DNA of 64,000 nucleotides, from IMG/VR virus record IMGVR_UViG_3300009181_000033, positions 124,001 through 188,000 of that record. One strand, written 5' to 3'. The notes under the pieces are model-generated. The model ran no database searches. It was not told the origin of the DNA and saw only the letters and a list, made by a program, of their open reading frames with translations. Position numbers and translations under genes: made by a program. This document shows, piece by piece, positions 20,606 to 30,859 of this stretch (its first letter is position 1; each line of letters begins with the position of its first letter).

Positions 20606-20987
20606 CACCAACATATTTATTATTTATCTCAATAGATACATCATCCAATGATGAAAAGCTTTTTTCAATGAGCCACTTTGAATCAACAAAAAACCCCTTG
20701 TCGGTTCCTGGCCATCGAGTTGAATTATTCGGTAAATAAACCTTTTCACCACCGGATAGAGGCAAATAAACACCTTGAGGAATGTGATACTTTTCAGGAT
20801 CAAAATATTTGACTTCTGCTCTTGAAGTCACTATGGTTAGTTTTCCATCATTATGAATTCCACATGCCAATATGGTGACATCGCTTGATGTCATCATTAT
20901 GTCATCTATTTCTTTTTGATTAAGACTGATTAAATAATCAGGCAATTCTATTTCGACAGTGCCTACTTTGATAGCTCTATTGTGCAT
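20568..20987 (-). CDS. Hypothetical protein
   Basis: 139-aa ORF tiling the operon. Confidence 0.55.
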   Translation of the reverse strand: MHNRAIKVGTVEIELPDYLISLNQKEIDDIMMTSSDVTILACGIHNDGKLTIVTSRAEVKYFDPEKYHIPQGVYLPLSGGEKVYLPNNSTRWPGTDKGFFVDSKWLIEKSFSSLDDVSIEINNKYVGDVNLVSIKNNDT

Positions 20988-21077
20988 GTCATCACTATTA
21001 CAACTTATTGCAAGTTCTTAAAAATGTTCATGATACTTATTTTTAGTTGTATTTTGTGAAGTCAGGATTGGTCTATC

Positions 21078-21314
21078 ATGTGCGATACTTTGATTGGTGT
21101 GGCCCTGTGTTGTTCTGTTTTGTTTTTTTATATCACATTTGAAATAAATGAGAATAGAAAAAATTTCTATCTCAATAAATTAAAAAACGACTTGGAAGAA
21201 GGCATATGCCAACACTGCGGACATAAAAATATTTTCTTGGCAAATAAAATGAAATTTTGGACAATTCTTAGGTGTTTTAAGTGTAATAAAATTTCAAAAG
21301 CCCATTTCTATTAG
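21078..21314 (+). CDS. Small membrane-anchored Zn-ribbon protein
   Basis: N-terminal hydrophobic helix; CQHC...CFKC. Confidence 0.55.
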   Translation: MCDTLIGVALCCSVLFFYITFEINENRKNFYLNKLKNDLEEGICQHCGHKNIFLANKMKFWTILRCFKCNKISKAHFY

Positions 21315-21526
21315 CTCAAATGTTGTGTTAATTTCAACTCATTTGAATAAAAAGGTCCTGAAAATCCTTCATTTGAAAAATAAACGTAATAAACAAACAA
21401 ACCTGATAAAATGTTTTTTGTGTGCTGGGATATTGCAGCGCTATTAACAGAAGATTTTTTAACGACAATTCCTATTTTTTCAGAATTGTTCTTAGGACTG
21501 ACCAGATCGCCTATTTCGATGTGCAT
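21311..21526 (-). CDS. Small hypothetical protein (KOW/SH3-like)
   Basis: IEIGDLV...IGIVV pattern. Confidence 0.5.
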   Translation of the reverse strand: MHIEIGDLVSPKNNSEKIGIVVKKSSVNSAAISQHTKNILSGLFVYYVYFSNEGFSGPFYSNELKLTQHLS

Positions 21527-21729
21527 GTTCTCTCCAAGAATAAATCGTCATTTACTCCATTTAGTTCGATTAAGGCGGACTCCAAATGCACCTGTAATCT
21601 ATAAGATCCTTTTTTTGTCCACATGACGACCCAAGAATCTGGTTCATCAGATTCTTGGATAATGACACCAATGTTTCTGGAATCAGGTTCCCATCTAGAA
21701 GATTTTATGACCAATGAACCAGGGTTCAT
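21511..21729 (-). CDS. Small hypothetical protein (KOW/SH3-like)
   Basis: PGSLV...IGVII...VVMW pattern; overlaps the groEL stop. Confidence 0.5.
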   Translation of the reverse strand: MNPGSLVIKSSRWEPDSRNIGVIIQESDEPDSWVVMWTKKGSYRLQVHLESALIELNGVNDDLFLERTCTSK

Positions 21730-23357
21730 CGTGAAGAATTATTTTCCTCTACAATCACAGCATCAAGAGATAAGAATGTTGAAGCAACAGAGGCTGCGTT
21801 CTTCAGGGCTGTCCTAGTTACTTTGACAGGATCTATCACGCCAGTTTCAATTAAATTTTGATATTCAAATGTAGAAGCGTTCCAGCCAGTTAGCTCACCT
21901 GAGTCTCTACGCCTATTCAATTCGTTGATTATAACGTCCTTGCTTTGTCCTGCGTTTTCAGATATTCTGCTGATCGGAGCGACACAAGCATCCAATATAA
22001 CCTTAGCCCCCAAACCGAATTGGTCAACTGAATTTATCTTTCCAGATGACAATTTTCTCCAAACCTCAAATAAAGCCATGCCTCCACCTTGAACTATTCC
22101 TTCATCGACAGCAGCTCGTGTTGCATGAAGAGCATCTTCGATGCGATACTTCCTTTCAATCATTTCTACTTCAGTTGAGCCGCCGACCTTAATCAAAGCC
22201 ACACCAGAAGAAAGTTTGGCTATTCTGGTTTTTAATTTTGTTACTTCATCAAGTGTTAAGGAAATGTCACGCAATTGTGTTTTTAGCTCCAATGTGTGTC
22301 GATCGACATTTTCCTTAGTGGAACCAGAAGAAACCAAAGTACAGTTATCTCTTGTGACGACGACCTTCTTCAATGTGCCAAGGTCAGCTAGTGTTACTTG
22401 TTGCATCTTCACACCTGTGGAGGCTGAAACTATCTTTGCATCTGTCAAGATGCTAATGTCCCTCAAAAGATCATCCTTGTGTTGGCCGTAACCTGGTGAT
22501 TTGATTGCAACAACAGGAAGCGCACCATTGACTCTGTTAACAACAAGTCCTTGAAGGGCTTCACCCTCAACGTCGTCAGCGATAATGAGAAGCGGTGTCT
22601 TTGACTGTGATATCTTTTCGAGAAGAGGAATCATTTCCCTCATGCTGCTGATTTTATGATCAGTCAGCAAAACTCTTACATCGCTATAGGCTGCGTGCAT
22701 CTTCTCTGGATTTGTCACAAAGTAAGGAGAAAGATATCCTCTCTCAAATTGCATTCCCTCGACGAGATCCAAACTGGTCGACATTCCTTTTGCGTCTTCA
22801 ACTGTGATGATTCCATCATTGCCGACTTTTGTCATTGCATCAGCAATCAATTCACCAATTTTTCTATCTCCATTTGCTGAGATAGTTGCAATTTGGGCTA
22901 TTTCTTCTGTCGACGTTAATTGCTTTGCTTCTTCTTTCAAGAGCTGCAAGGCTACATTTAAAGTTTTTTCTATGCCGTCACAAAGTTCTTCTGCATCATA
23001 GCCTGCTTCTAATAACTTCATGCCAGATTTCACCATGGCATGTGTCAAAACGGTTGACGTCGTTGTTCCATCACCTGCAATGTCATTTGTTTGTTCAGCA
23101 GCTTGTCTAATTAGCTGAGCTCCCATTCTCTCGATTGGATCTTTTAATCTAATTGACTTGCTAACTGTCACTCCGTCCTTAGTGACAATGGGTGATGAAT
23201 TTTCATCTTGTTGTATGAGAACAGTCTTGCCTTTAGGACCAAGGGTACAACCAACAGCATTAGCTACTATTTCAACACCCTTAAACAAAGATTTTCTTGC
23301 ATCAGTTGAAAAAACAACACGTGTTGTAGAAGGCAATTTAGTTTCATGTTCAATCAT
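21726..23357 (-). CDS. groEL: Chaperonin GroEL
   Basis: TLGPKG, TKDGVTV, AGDGTTT, EGMQFERGYLSPYF, GVIDPVKVTR; lacks the GGM tail. Confidence 0.97.
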   Translation of the reverse strand: MIEHETKLPSTTRVVFSTDARKSLFKGVEIVANAVGCTLGPKGKTVLIQQDENSSPIVTKDGVTVSKSIRLKDPIERMGAQLIRQAAEQTNDIAGDGTTTSTVLTHAMVKSGMKLLEAGYDAEELCDGIEKTLNVALQLLKEEAKQLTSTEEIAQIATISANGDRKIGELIADAMTKVGNDGIITVEDAKGMSTSLDLVEGMQFERGYLSPYFVTNPEKMHAAYSDVRVLLTDHKISSMREMIPLLEKISQSKTPLLIIADDVEGEALQGLVVNRVNGALPVVAIKSPGYGQHKDDLLRDISILTDAKIVSASTGVKMQQVTLADLGTLKKVVVTRDNCTLVSSGSTKENVDRHTLELKTQLRDISLTLDEVTKLKTRIAKLSSGVALIKVGGSTEVEMIERKYRIEDALHATRAAVDEGIVQGGGMALFEVWRKLSSGKINSVDQFGLGAKVILDACVAPISRISENAGQSKDVIINELNRRRDSGELTGWNASTFEYQNLIETGVIDPVKVTRTALKNAASVASTFLSLDAVIVEENNSSR

Positions 23358-23363
23358 GCCAAA

Positions 23364-23393
23364 ATTTTAATGCAAAAAATCTACAAAGTACAA
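23364..23393 (-). promoter_or_regulatory. Sigma70-like promoter, leaderless class (groEL)
   Basis: TTGTAC-18nt-TAAAAT-6nt-ATG. Confidence 0.6.
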
Positions 23394-23394
23394 A

Positions 23395-23679
23395 TCAAAT
23401 TTTTTCTCTCGTAATTTTTAACCAAACTGGTCTTCCAGACTTCCAAGCTATGGCTACCCGGCCGGCCTTATAGTCTTTAAGAACATTTTTTAATGTAAAT
23501 TTTTGTTGTTCGTCAACAACCTGTTCAATATATTTTTCTAATCTGTGCTCCGAATAATCTCGGACATGCTTTAGAGACGACAGTTGAAATTGTGAGATGT
23601 GCATGTAAAATTCGGTGCAATACTCTCCAGGTAATAATTTCGGTCCTCTAGGTATTTTTGTCGCCATAACAGACTTCAT
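23395..23679 (-). CDS. Hypothetical protein
   Basis: 94-aa ORF; ATACTTA upstream. Confidence 0.55.
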   Translation of the reverse strand: MKSVMATKIPRGPKLLPGEYCTEFYMHISQFQLSSLKHVRDYSEHRLEKYIEQVVDEQQKFTLKNVLKDYKAGRVAIAWKSGRPVWLKITREKI

Positions 23680-23769
23680 GTTTTCATTTCTTTCATAAGT
23701 ATGAATACAACATGATTGTTCATCGGAACTTTAATGCCTTAAAGTAAATTAGTCAATTAAATTACTTAA

Positions 23770-24702
23770 TCACAATGGAACATTAAAGTCTCTAGACATG
23801 TTAAAGACCGCTAGATTTTTCATTTTTGCTTCGACCTCTACGTCGATTGTGTCTTCACGAAGAGACTTCAGTTGACACTCAGGAACATAGTGAATCATGT
23901 TACTGTGTTTACGTCGATCAATAAATGAGCCATTTTCTAGACCGGGTTCTGTGTTGCTGATGTGCTGCAACGGTCTAATGCCTGTTGGCCATGTTTCCTT
24001 GGTGACACTAAAAGCCTCGTCCATCGTAAGTTCACCATCATTGAAAGTGTGATGATGAGAATCAAAAACGACTGGAACACCTGTTTCCTGGTAAACAGGA
24101 AGCAGATCGACAACATTGTATCCCATCTCATCATTCTCGAGAGTGAGACGCTTTCTGACTCGATCTGGAAGTGACTTAATGTGGTTGATGAGCCTCGATG
24201 ATCGATCTCGCTTGCCACCATGAATATTGATTGCGTATTTAGGACTGTGATCGAGACCCATCATGTCGAACATCCAGCCGTGCTGGTCGAGTTCAATAAA
24301 TGCTTTTTCGACAACAGAATCTGTGTCAGAAGACAGAACACAAAATTGACCAGGATGTGTTGAAACACGAATGTCTTTCGACTTAATGAAGTCGCCAACC
24401 ATTTTTAAATAGGAAATAACTTCGGCATTGTCCCACAATGCCCGATCAACTTGATCTGCGAGAGGAAACATTGCAGATGAAATTCTAAAGAGCCTGACAC
24501 CTTGTTTGTGAATCTTAGGCAACATGGTTGAAAGATTCCTTACATTATTTACATATGTGCCCTTAATTTGGTCGGGCGTGTACTTGCCGGATTTATACCT
24601 ACCGAGCTGCAGTACACGCTCTTCCATTTCATTAATAAAATTTACTTTGCCGCTACGTGGTTTTACTTGTTCTTTGAGGTAGTGACAGCAAATGCCTAGC
24701 AT
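23770..24702 (-). CDS. uvsE: UV damage endonuclease
   Basis: FRISS, HPGQF, INIHGG, LTLEND, VFDSHHH, EVEAKMK. Confidence 0.93.
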   Translation of the reverse strand: MLGICCHYLKEQVKPRSGKVNFINEMEERVLQLGRYKSGKYTPDQIKGTYVNNVRNLSTMLPKIHKQGVRLFRISSAMFPLADQVDRALWDNAEVISYLKMVGDFIKSKDIRVSTHPGQFCVLSSDTDSVVEKAFIELDQHGWMFDMMGLDHSPKYAINIHGGKRDRSSRLINHIKSLPDRVRKRLTLENDEMGYNVVDLLPVYQETGVPVVFDSHHHTFNDGELTMDEAFSVTKETWPTGIRPLQHISNTEPGLENGSFIDRRKHSNMIHYVPECQLKSLREDTIDVEVEAKMKNLAVFNMSRDFNVPL

Positions 24703-24739
24703 AAAAATATCTTAATGCGCTGACATGCAATTTGTCACC

Positions 24740-26071
24740 CTATGCCAGCTTAGATTCTCTCAGCTCATTAATCAACTTTTTCTTTTTTTGAGCGTAATAT
24801 TTACTATTTTTCTTGCCTCTATTCATCAAAGCACTAAGAGCGCTGATTTCCTCAGAGTTGTTTTTTGATTCAAGCTTATCAATTACCTTTGAAATATCAT
24901 CATCTTCCGAGTCAAACATTCCTTTCACTCGTTGTGCCAATTCCTTCGTGGAATTTTCAGCTTCCTCACTGGTCATGAACCTGCAACGCTTCACATACTC
25001 CTGGATGAAAGCGATTGGCCAGTCTTTTACAGTGTCGAATGAGTCCGCGTGATCGGTCCCTAAAACATTCCTAACAACATCGCCATCCATTTGCTTGATG
25101 TGAATCAGTTCATCAAACCTACCCGGCCTGAGAATTGCATTGTCCAATCGATTCTTGTTATTGACGGTTGCAATAACGAGCTTAGTGTGCCTTTGAAAGT
25201 GTTCCAGTGCTTCTAGCATTGATGCTTGATCACCAAGTCTATCAAAATCGTCGATGATGACAGCATCAGGTTCAAAAATGCCGAGAGCCTCAAAAATTGT
25301 TGATGGTGAAATGTTGGCTATATCCTCCACCCTAATTCTAAATGACCTAAGTCCCAGGCTGGAAATGATCGTCCTGGCCAAGGTGCTCTTGCCCGTGCCT
25401 GGAGGCCCATATAAAAGAACTGATCTTGATACGTCAGCATCGATGCATTTCTTTAAATAAGCTGAATATTCCTCGGCTTTTTTTGACGGCATAGGATTAA
25501 AGGCATCATCGATCTCTAAATCAACATTGCAGTTGTCGTAATCGCTATTCTTGTTATTAATTCTTCGAAGAACGATGTTCTCATCCTTGAGCATCGACCA
25601 GAGCTCTTTCTTGATCAATTCTCTTGCGATGTCATATTTGTCGACTTCAACACAAAGCCTATCAACAAAATTAGATCTAGAATTGAAGACATAACCAATT
25701 TTTACGTCTCTCTCCTTGTCCAGCTGAAGAATGCGAATGGTCACGGCGTCATCAGAAGTCTTGATAGATTTATATGGTTTTTTTTGGAGGGCGGCAAGAA
25801 TCATTTTGTTAAAATCAAGAGGATAAGGATTTTCCCACTTGTCGTCAAAATAGTCATCAGGCCAAACCTCCATATCATCAACAATAACTCTGCCGATGAG
25901 GGCTGCAGATTGTATCGCAGTCATCATGTTCTGTTTTTGAATGAAAGGCTGGGCCGCATTTATGATCTCGGTGCCCATTCGAAACAATCTTTTTACACTG
26001 GCAACATTGAAAAAATCCCTAAATTTGTCGGATGTCCCTGGTTCAACAATAAGATCATTGATTTTTTTCAT
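24740..26071 (-). CDS. AAA+ ATPase
   Basis: GPPGTGKS, IIDDFD, SRH LDNAILRPGRFD; start placed at MKKIN (alternative 26152). Confidence 0.85.
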   Translation of the reverse strand: MKKINDLIVEPGTSDKFRDFFNVASVKRLFRMGTEIINAAQPFIQKQNMMTAIQSAALIGRVIVDDMEVWPDDYFDDKWENPYPLDFNKMILAALQKKPYKSIKTSDDAVTIRILQLDKERDVKIGYVFNSRSNFVDRLCVEVDKYDIARELIKKELWSMLKDENIVLRRINNKNSDYDNCNVDLEIDDAFNPMPSKKAEEYSAYLKKCIDADVSRSVLLYGPPGTGKSTLARTIISSLGLRSFRIRVEDIANISPSTIFEALGIFEPDAVIIDDFDRLGDQASMLEALEHFQRHTKLVIATVNNKNRLDNAILRPGRFDELIHIKQMDGDVVRNVLGTDHADSFDTVKDWPIAFIQEYVKRCRFMTSEEAENSTKELAQRVKGMFDSEDDDISKVIDKLESKNNSEEISALSALMNRGKKNSKYYAQKKKKLINELRESKLA

Positions 26072-26111
26072 ACGATTGTCTTTTACCCTACTATCAAATT
26101 TTGGTTTGTTT

Positions 26112-26957
26112 TTATTTTTGGTGTGTTGGACACCAATGAATGATTCTCCCATTCGAATCCTCTTCTCTCACAACCTCGTTGCCAAGAGGATCAATCTTTT
26201 TTCCATAAACCTTGAAGCTGAACTGTGCAGAGCCAACTGAGTCATTGGCCGTCCTATATGTCTTTATGGTTGCACCTTGTGAAAGGTATGCCTGTTTAGA
26301 AATGACCACAGTCTTTTCGTGCAAATCAACATATTCCTGGGGAGTGATGTCAGTTACACACCTCCAAGGATCAACTTTACAATCATACAGAATTTCCGAA
26401 CGGAGATAATTTCCTATGCCACTGATCATCTTTTGATCCATGAGTGCCTCGCAAATTGCTTTATTGGGTTTCTTAAGGATCATTTTTGCAAATGTTTCTG
26501 CGGTCAAATTCTCATCAAAGATGCATGGTCCAATTGATAACAACTTCTTCCTGTGTTCCTCTTCAGAGGACACAAATTTAATGGTGCCAAAGTGTCTCAT
26601 GTCATTGAAGAACAGCGTTCTTGAATCTCTTGTGATAGGTACACCTGAACCATTGAAATTAATGGAGAAGCATGTGTGATTGTTCCTTGAGGTAAACCAC
26701 CCACCCGCCATGCCATATGTGCAATGCATATACCACCTGTTGCCAGATGATGATCTGAATGACCACCACATGAACTTGCCTTTGACGTCGATAGATTCGA
26801 CCAACAAAGGAAGTTCCTTGGAAATTTGATCATACCCTATGGGTGAAGAGGTTTTGTATCTCCCCGCACTTCCAATTTCAAGTTTATGAATTTTATTGCC
26901 GACCAAAATTTGAGAAATGACGTCTCTTGAGTGTCTAAGCTCCGGGCCTTCAGGGAT
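26112..26957 (-). CDS. Fpg/Nei-family DNA glycosylase (Nei/NEIL-like, zincless finger) with an ATC start codon
   Basis: The frame extends upstream of the track ORF to ATC-CCT-GAA-GGC-CCG-GAG (xPEGPE); KGK, YGMAG, H2TH motif LMDQKMISGIGNYLRSE. Confidence 0.9.
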   Translation of the reverse strand: MPEGPELRHSRDVISQILVGNKIHKLEIGSAGRYKTSSPIGYDQISKELPLLVESIDVKGKFMWWSFRSSSGNRWYMHCTYGMAGGWFTSRNNHTCFSINFNGSGVPITRDSRTLFFNDMRHFGTIKFVSSEEEHRKKLLSIGPCIFDENLTAETFAKMILKKPNKAICEALMDQKMISGIGNYLRSEILYDCKVDPWRCVTDITPQEYVDLHEKTVVISKQAYLSQGATIKTYRTANDSVGSAQFSFKVYGKKIDPLGNEVVREEDSNGRIIHWCPTHQK

Positions 26958-26994
26958 TGGAATAACCCTCCTTTCAGCGTTTCTGCGTTATTTG

Positions 26995-27690
26995 TTATTT
27001 GGTAACAAGAATATTTGAAGTCAACATCCAGCCCCAAATCGAATCTGCCCAAAATTTATAACCGGCGGGCGTGGAATGAATCCCATCCTCAGATAAAGGC
27101 ACATCGATCGCTCTAGTGTCGTAGAATAAAGGTGCTACTTCAGAAATGTATTGACGAACAATCGATGATCTAAACAAAAGTTTTTTCTTGAATTCTGGCG
27201 GTCCGACCCAAACCAACTTGGCTCCAGAGGCTTCCACCGACTCAACAAACTTTAAATAGACTTCCTTATTTCTCTCCAACCATTCCTGATTAGCGACCGA
27301 ATCGTTGGTTCCCAATGAAACAACAACGAGAGATGGTTTGTATTTTGTCAAATCGTGGGCAATCAATGAAATCCAACGCTTGGTGGTCGAACCCAAAATA
27401 GCGTGCAAATAAGCTTCGTAATTGTTACCCCTCAGAATTTTCTCCAAATGGGGACCAAAACCCATCCCCAAAGAGTCGCCTACGATTAAGACTCTTTTGC
27501 CGCTAGGAATTAGTGGAAAAACTTTTTTTGGCAACACATCTTCGCTTACAACATCAGGCGATATCGGTGATGAAGGATCGATTGATGAATCGATTACTAC
27601 AGTAGAGTCCTCCCACTCGGCTGGAAATTGTGACTGGTGATAACCAGCAGTCATTCCAAGAATCATCATAGAAAATTTCTTCACTTCCAT
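26995..27690 (-). CDS. SGNH/GDSL hydrolase, probably exported
   Basis: IVGDSL, SLGTND, DGIH. Confidence 0.85.
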   Translation of the reverse strand: MEVKKFSMMILGMTAGYHQSQFPAEWEDSTVVIDSSIDPSSPISPDVVSEDVLPKKVFPLIPSGKRVLIVGDSLGMGFGPHLEKILRGNNYEAYLHAILGSTTKRWISLIAHDLTKYKPSLVVVSLGTNDSVANQEWLERNKEVYLKFVESVEASGAKLVWVGPPEFKKKLLFRSSIVRQYISEVAPLFYDTRAIDVPLSEDGIHSTPAGYKFWADSIWGWMLTSNILVTK

Positions 27691-28232
27691 TGCCCTCTGT
27701 AAAATGCCATTGCAACAGTAGCTGCAGAACCAACGTTTAAAGATCTTACTGCTCCCCATTGCGGAATGTATACAACTTTGCTGGCTTTCTTGAGTGACTG
27801 CGGAGACACACCAATCGACTCCTGTCCGAGAATTAGAATCGTTTTCTTTGACCATGAATGTTCGTAAATGCTGGTTGCACCTGGTACATTGTCAAAGACG
27901 ACAACCTCGTGCTCAGGATGTTGTTCGATAACCTCATCAATTGATGGCGAAAAACCAAGATGTTCGTAGTTTTGCATCCCACATGCACCACGCCTATCCC
28001 ACTTCCTTCGACCAACGATGAACACCTTTTCGCAAAGGAAGGCATTTGATGATCTGATCACAGTTGAAATGTTAAAGTCGTTACCAAAATTCTCTGCAGC
28101 TACAACGAGCTCTGAACGATTCTTGTCCTGGTCAGCAATGATAGCCTCATGGTTCCAGTATTTGTAATGATCAACAACATTCCTGTGATCAAACGGCTCA
28201 GCTGGCCAATTGTGGTTGACGAGATTGCTCAT
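27681..28232 (-). CDS. TrmH/SpoU-family (SPOUT) RNA methyltransferase
   Basis: NISTVIRSS, LILGQESIG, IPQWGAVRSLNVGSAA. Confidence 0.9.
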   Translation of the reverse strand: MSNLVNHNWPAEPFDHRNVVDHYKYWNHEAIIADQDKNRSELVVAAENFGNDFNISTVIRSSNAFLCEKVFIVGRRKWDRRGACGMQNYEHLGFSPSIDEVIEQHPEHEVVVFDNVPGATSIYEHSWSKKTILILGQESIGVSPQSLKKASKVVYIPQWGAVRSLNVGSAATVAMAFYRGQWK

Positions 28233-28314
28233 GTAATAATAGTAAACAACTTAACAAGATATTTGCACTCACAAAAACAAATAACTCTTCTTGGATTATA
28301 GTTAATAATTGAGT

Positions 28315-29490
28315 ATGTCAATCTTCAAAGAGCACAAAAGCAACGCCGATCGTGTAGCGGGGGATCGTCGAAGACACAAGGAAAAAATTGAGAAAGCAAT
28401 TCGTGAAGGAATTCACAATATAGTTGCCGACGAATCAATTATCGGTCAAGACGGAAAAAAGAAATTTAGAGTGCCCGTAAAAGGAATAAAAGAACACAGA
28501 TTTGTTTATGGGAATAATGGATCAAAACAGGTTGGATCAGCTCCTGGAAAGAACATACAGAAAGGCCAAAAAATAGGTGATGGCGACCAACAAGGACAAA
28601 GTGGTCAGCCAAACAAACCAGGCAGTGACAAGGGCGAAGAGTATTATGATGTTGAAATGTCGCTCGATGAACTAGCTGAATACCTATTTGCAGATTTGGG
28701 GCTTCCTGATCTCGAAAAGAAACAGTTGGCAAATATTGCATCAAAGAGATTCAAGAGATCTGGGTATAGGCCAGATGGAATTATTCCAAGGCTGGACAAA
28801 AAGAAGTCGGCCATAGCGAGAATAAAAAGAATGAAAGCCTCTGGGTTCAAAGAAGAAGAGGCTGAAGAAAGTGAATCATTTCCGTTCCATGAAGACGACT
28901 TGGTTTACCGACACTTTAAAATGAAAACGGAGCCCAATACAAACGCCGTTATTTTCTTTGTCATGGACGTTTCAGGTTCCATGACCGATGACAAAAAGTT
29001 TTTGGCCAGATCATTTTGCTTTTTATTGTATCAATTCATCAGAACAAAATACGAGAAGGTTGACGTCGTATTCGTCACACATGACATGGAAGCAAGAGAG
29101 GTCGACGAAAATGCGTTCTTTACAATATCGACATCTGGCGGAACCGTGGCATCAACAGGTCTCGAAAAAGTCAATGAAATAATAGAAGAAAGATACCCTC
29201 CTTCAAGCTGGAATTGTTATGCATTCCACAATTCAGATGGCGACAATTTCGGAACCGACAACGAGAAATATCTTCAAGAGCATGCGAAACTTGAGGAATC
29301 TGTTCAAATGTTTGGATATGTCGAGCTCGAACCACCTAGAAATTATGGCTACTATGACGAACTAAAACTGTCAGTACTGTTGGCGCCAAAGCTTGGAAAA
29401 AAATCCAGAAGCGTAAGGATAACTCGAAAAGAAGACGTGTGGCCTGCTTTTAAAGAAATTCTCGGCGCGGTCAAGAAAGACTCTGAGTGA
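28315..29490 (+). CDS. yeaH: YeaH/YhbH (DUF444) vWA-domain protein
   Basis: DRRRHKEKI, FFVMDVSGSM (MIDAS), SGGTVAS, SDGDN. Confidence 0.92.
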   Translation: MSIFKEHKSNADRVAGDRRRHKEKIEKAIREGIHNIVADESIIGQDGKKKFRVPVKGIKEHRFVYGNNGSKQVGSAPGKNIQKGQKIGDGDQQGQSGQPNKPGSDKGEEYYDVEMSLDELAEYLFADLGLPDLEKKQLANIASKRFKRSGYRPDGIIPRLDKKKSAIARIKRMKASGFKEEEAEESESFPFHEDDLVYRHFKMKTEPNTNAVIFFVMDVSGSMTDDKKFLARSFCFLLYQFIRTKYEKVDVVFVTHDMEAREVDENAFFTISTSGGTVASTGLEKVNEIIEERYPPSSWNCYAFHNSDGDNFGTDNEKYLQEHAKLEESVQMFGYVELEPPRNYGYYDELKLSVLLAPKLGKKSRSVRITRKEDVWPAFKEILGAVKKDSE

Positions 29491-29503
29491 ACAGGAGTGC
29501 AAA

Positions 29504-30823
29504 GTGGAATATAAACCAGAAGACTTAGAAATTTGGGACGAGAAAATCTGCAAAATAGCCAAGGAAAAATATTCCCTTGACTGGTTCCCAATAGAATACG
29601 AATTAATAGACTATTTTTCAATGTTGGGCGCAATGGCGTTCCATGGCCTTCCGAGTCACTTTAATCACTGGTCATTTGGAAAATCATTTGAAAGAACCCA
29701 ACACATGTATGACTTGGGCATGGAAGGACTGCCATACGAATTAATCCTCAATTCAAATCCATCACTAGCATACTTGATGAGAGAAAATCCATTATATCTT
29801 CAGATTCTCATCATGGCGCACTGTGTTGGCCACAGTGATTTCTTCAAAAACAATCGTACATTTAGATTCACGAGACCAGAAACAATCCATGGTCGCTGCA
29901 GGGCAGCCAAGAGAAGGTTTCAAGGGTATGTTGAGAACCCGAACATCGGTATTGAAAAAGTAGAAGAAGTTATTGACGCGTGTTATTCTGTGCAATTCCA
30001 GGCGCCAAAGCCTGGGTGGAGAAGAAGAACGAAACAGCAAATTGTAGAAGATTATCTCGATCGAAAAAAAGAAATGGCGTCGAGGGGACAAAAAATTAAA
30101 GAACTAGACATTGACAAAAAAGTTCTTGAACCTGACTATGACATTCTTGGATTTATCGCAGAAAATGGCGACATGCCTGAATGGAAGCGAGATATCATCG
30201 AGGTGTGCAGAGATGAAGCACAATACTTCTGGCCACAAATGATGACAAAAATCATGAATGAAGGCTGGGCGTCTGTTCATCATTACGACATTTTGCACGA
30301 ACTTGATCTTCCTCCAGAATTTCATTTGCCGTTCATTAAGTCGCACAATCAAGTAATTCGTCCTCATGTCGGAGGAATCAACCCATATCATCTTGGTTTT
30401 CATATGTTCAAAAGAATCAAAGAAAAATATGGTGAACAGGAATGTTTGCTGGCGAGAGAAGTCCACAATGACGCATCGTTCATAAGGCAATATTTGGACG
30501 AAGAAACATGTGTTGAATTAAACTTGTTCTCTTACGCCAAGAGGGGAAATAGCGGAATTTATATAGAAGAAGTTTCCGACAAGGATGGTTGGAAAAAAGT
30601 AAGAGATGATTTAGCGAAACAAGTCGGGGGTGGAGGAGTTCCGATCATCAAGGTGGTCGACGTGAGATGGGACGGCACTCTCATGCTAGATCATGACCAC
30701 GATGGTAGAGATTTGCTTTCAGATGAAGCCGGACACACGGTTTCACATCTCAAGACACTGTGGGGTAAACCTGTCTTTTTAATGACAGTCACCGACAATA
30801 AAGAATGTGTGATATCAAAATAA
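29504..30823 (+). CDS. spoVR: SpoVR/YcgB family protein
   Basis: HWSFGK, LPYELILNSNP, AHCVGHSDFFKNN, TKIMNEGWAS, NPYHLG. Confidence 0.93.
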   Translation: MEYKPEDLEIWDEKICKIAKEKYSLDWFPIEYELIDYFSMLGAMAFHGLPSHFNHWSFGKSFERTQHMYDLGMEGLPYELILNSNPSLAYLMRENPLYLQILIMAHCVGHSDFFKNNRTFRFTRPETIHGRCRAAKRRFQGYVENPNIGIEKVEEVIDACYSVQFQAPKPGWRRRTKQQIVEDYLDRKKEMASRGQKIKELDIDKKVLEPDYDILGFIAENGDMPEWKRDIIEVCRDEAQYFWPQMMTKIMNEGWASVHHYDILHELDLPPEFHLPFIKSHNQVIRPHVGGINPYHLGFHMFKRIKEKYGEQECLLAREVHNDASFIRQYLDEETCVELNLFSYAKRGNSGIYIEEVSDKDGWKKVRDDLAKQVGGGGVPIIKVVDVRWDGTLMLDHDHDGRDLLSDEAGHTVSHLKTLWGKPVFLMTVTDNKECVISK

Positions 30824-30859
30824 AAACCAAATATATATTTTATAATATCAAGAGGAACA

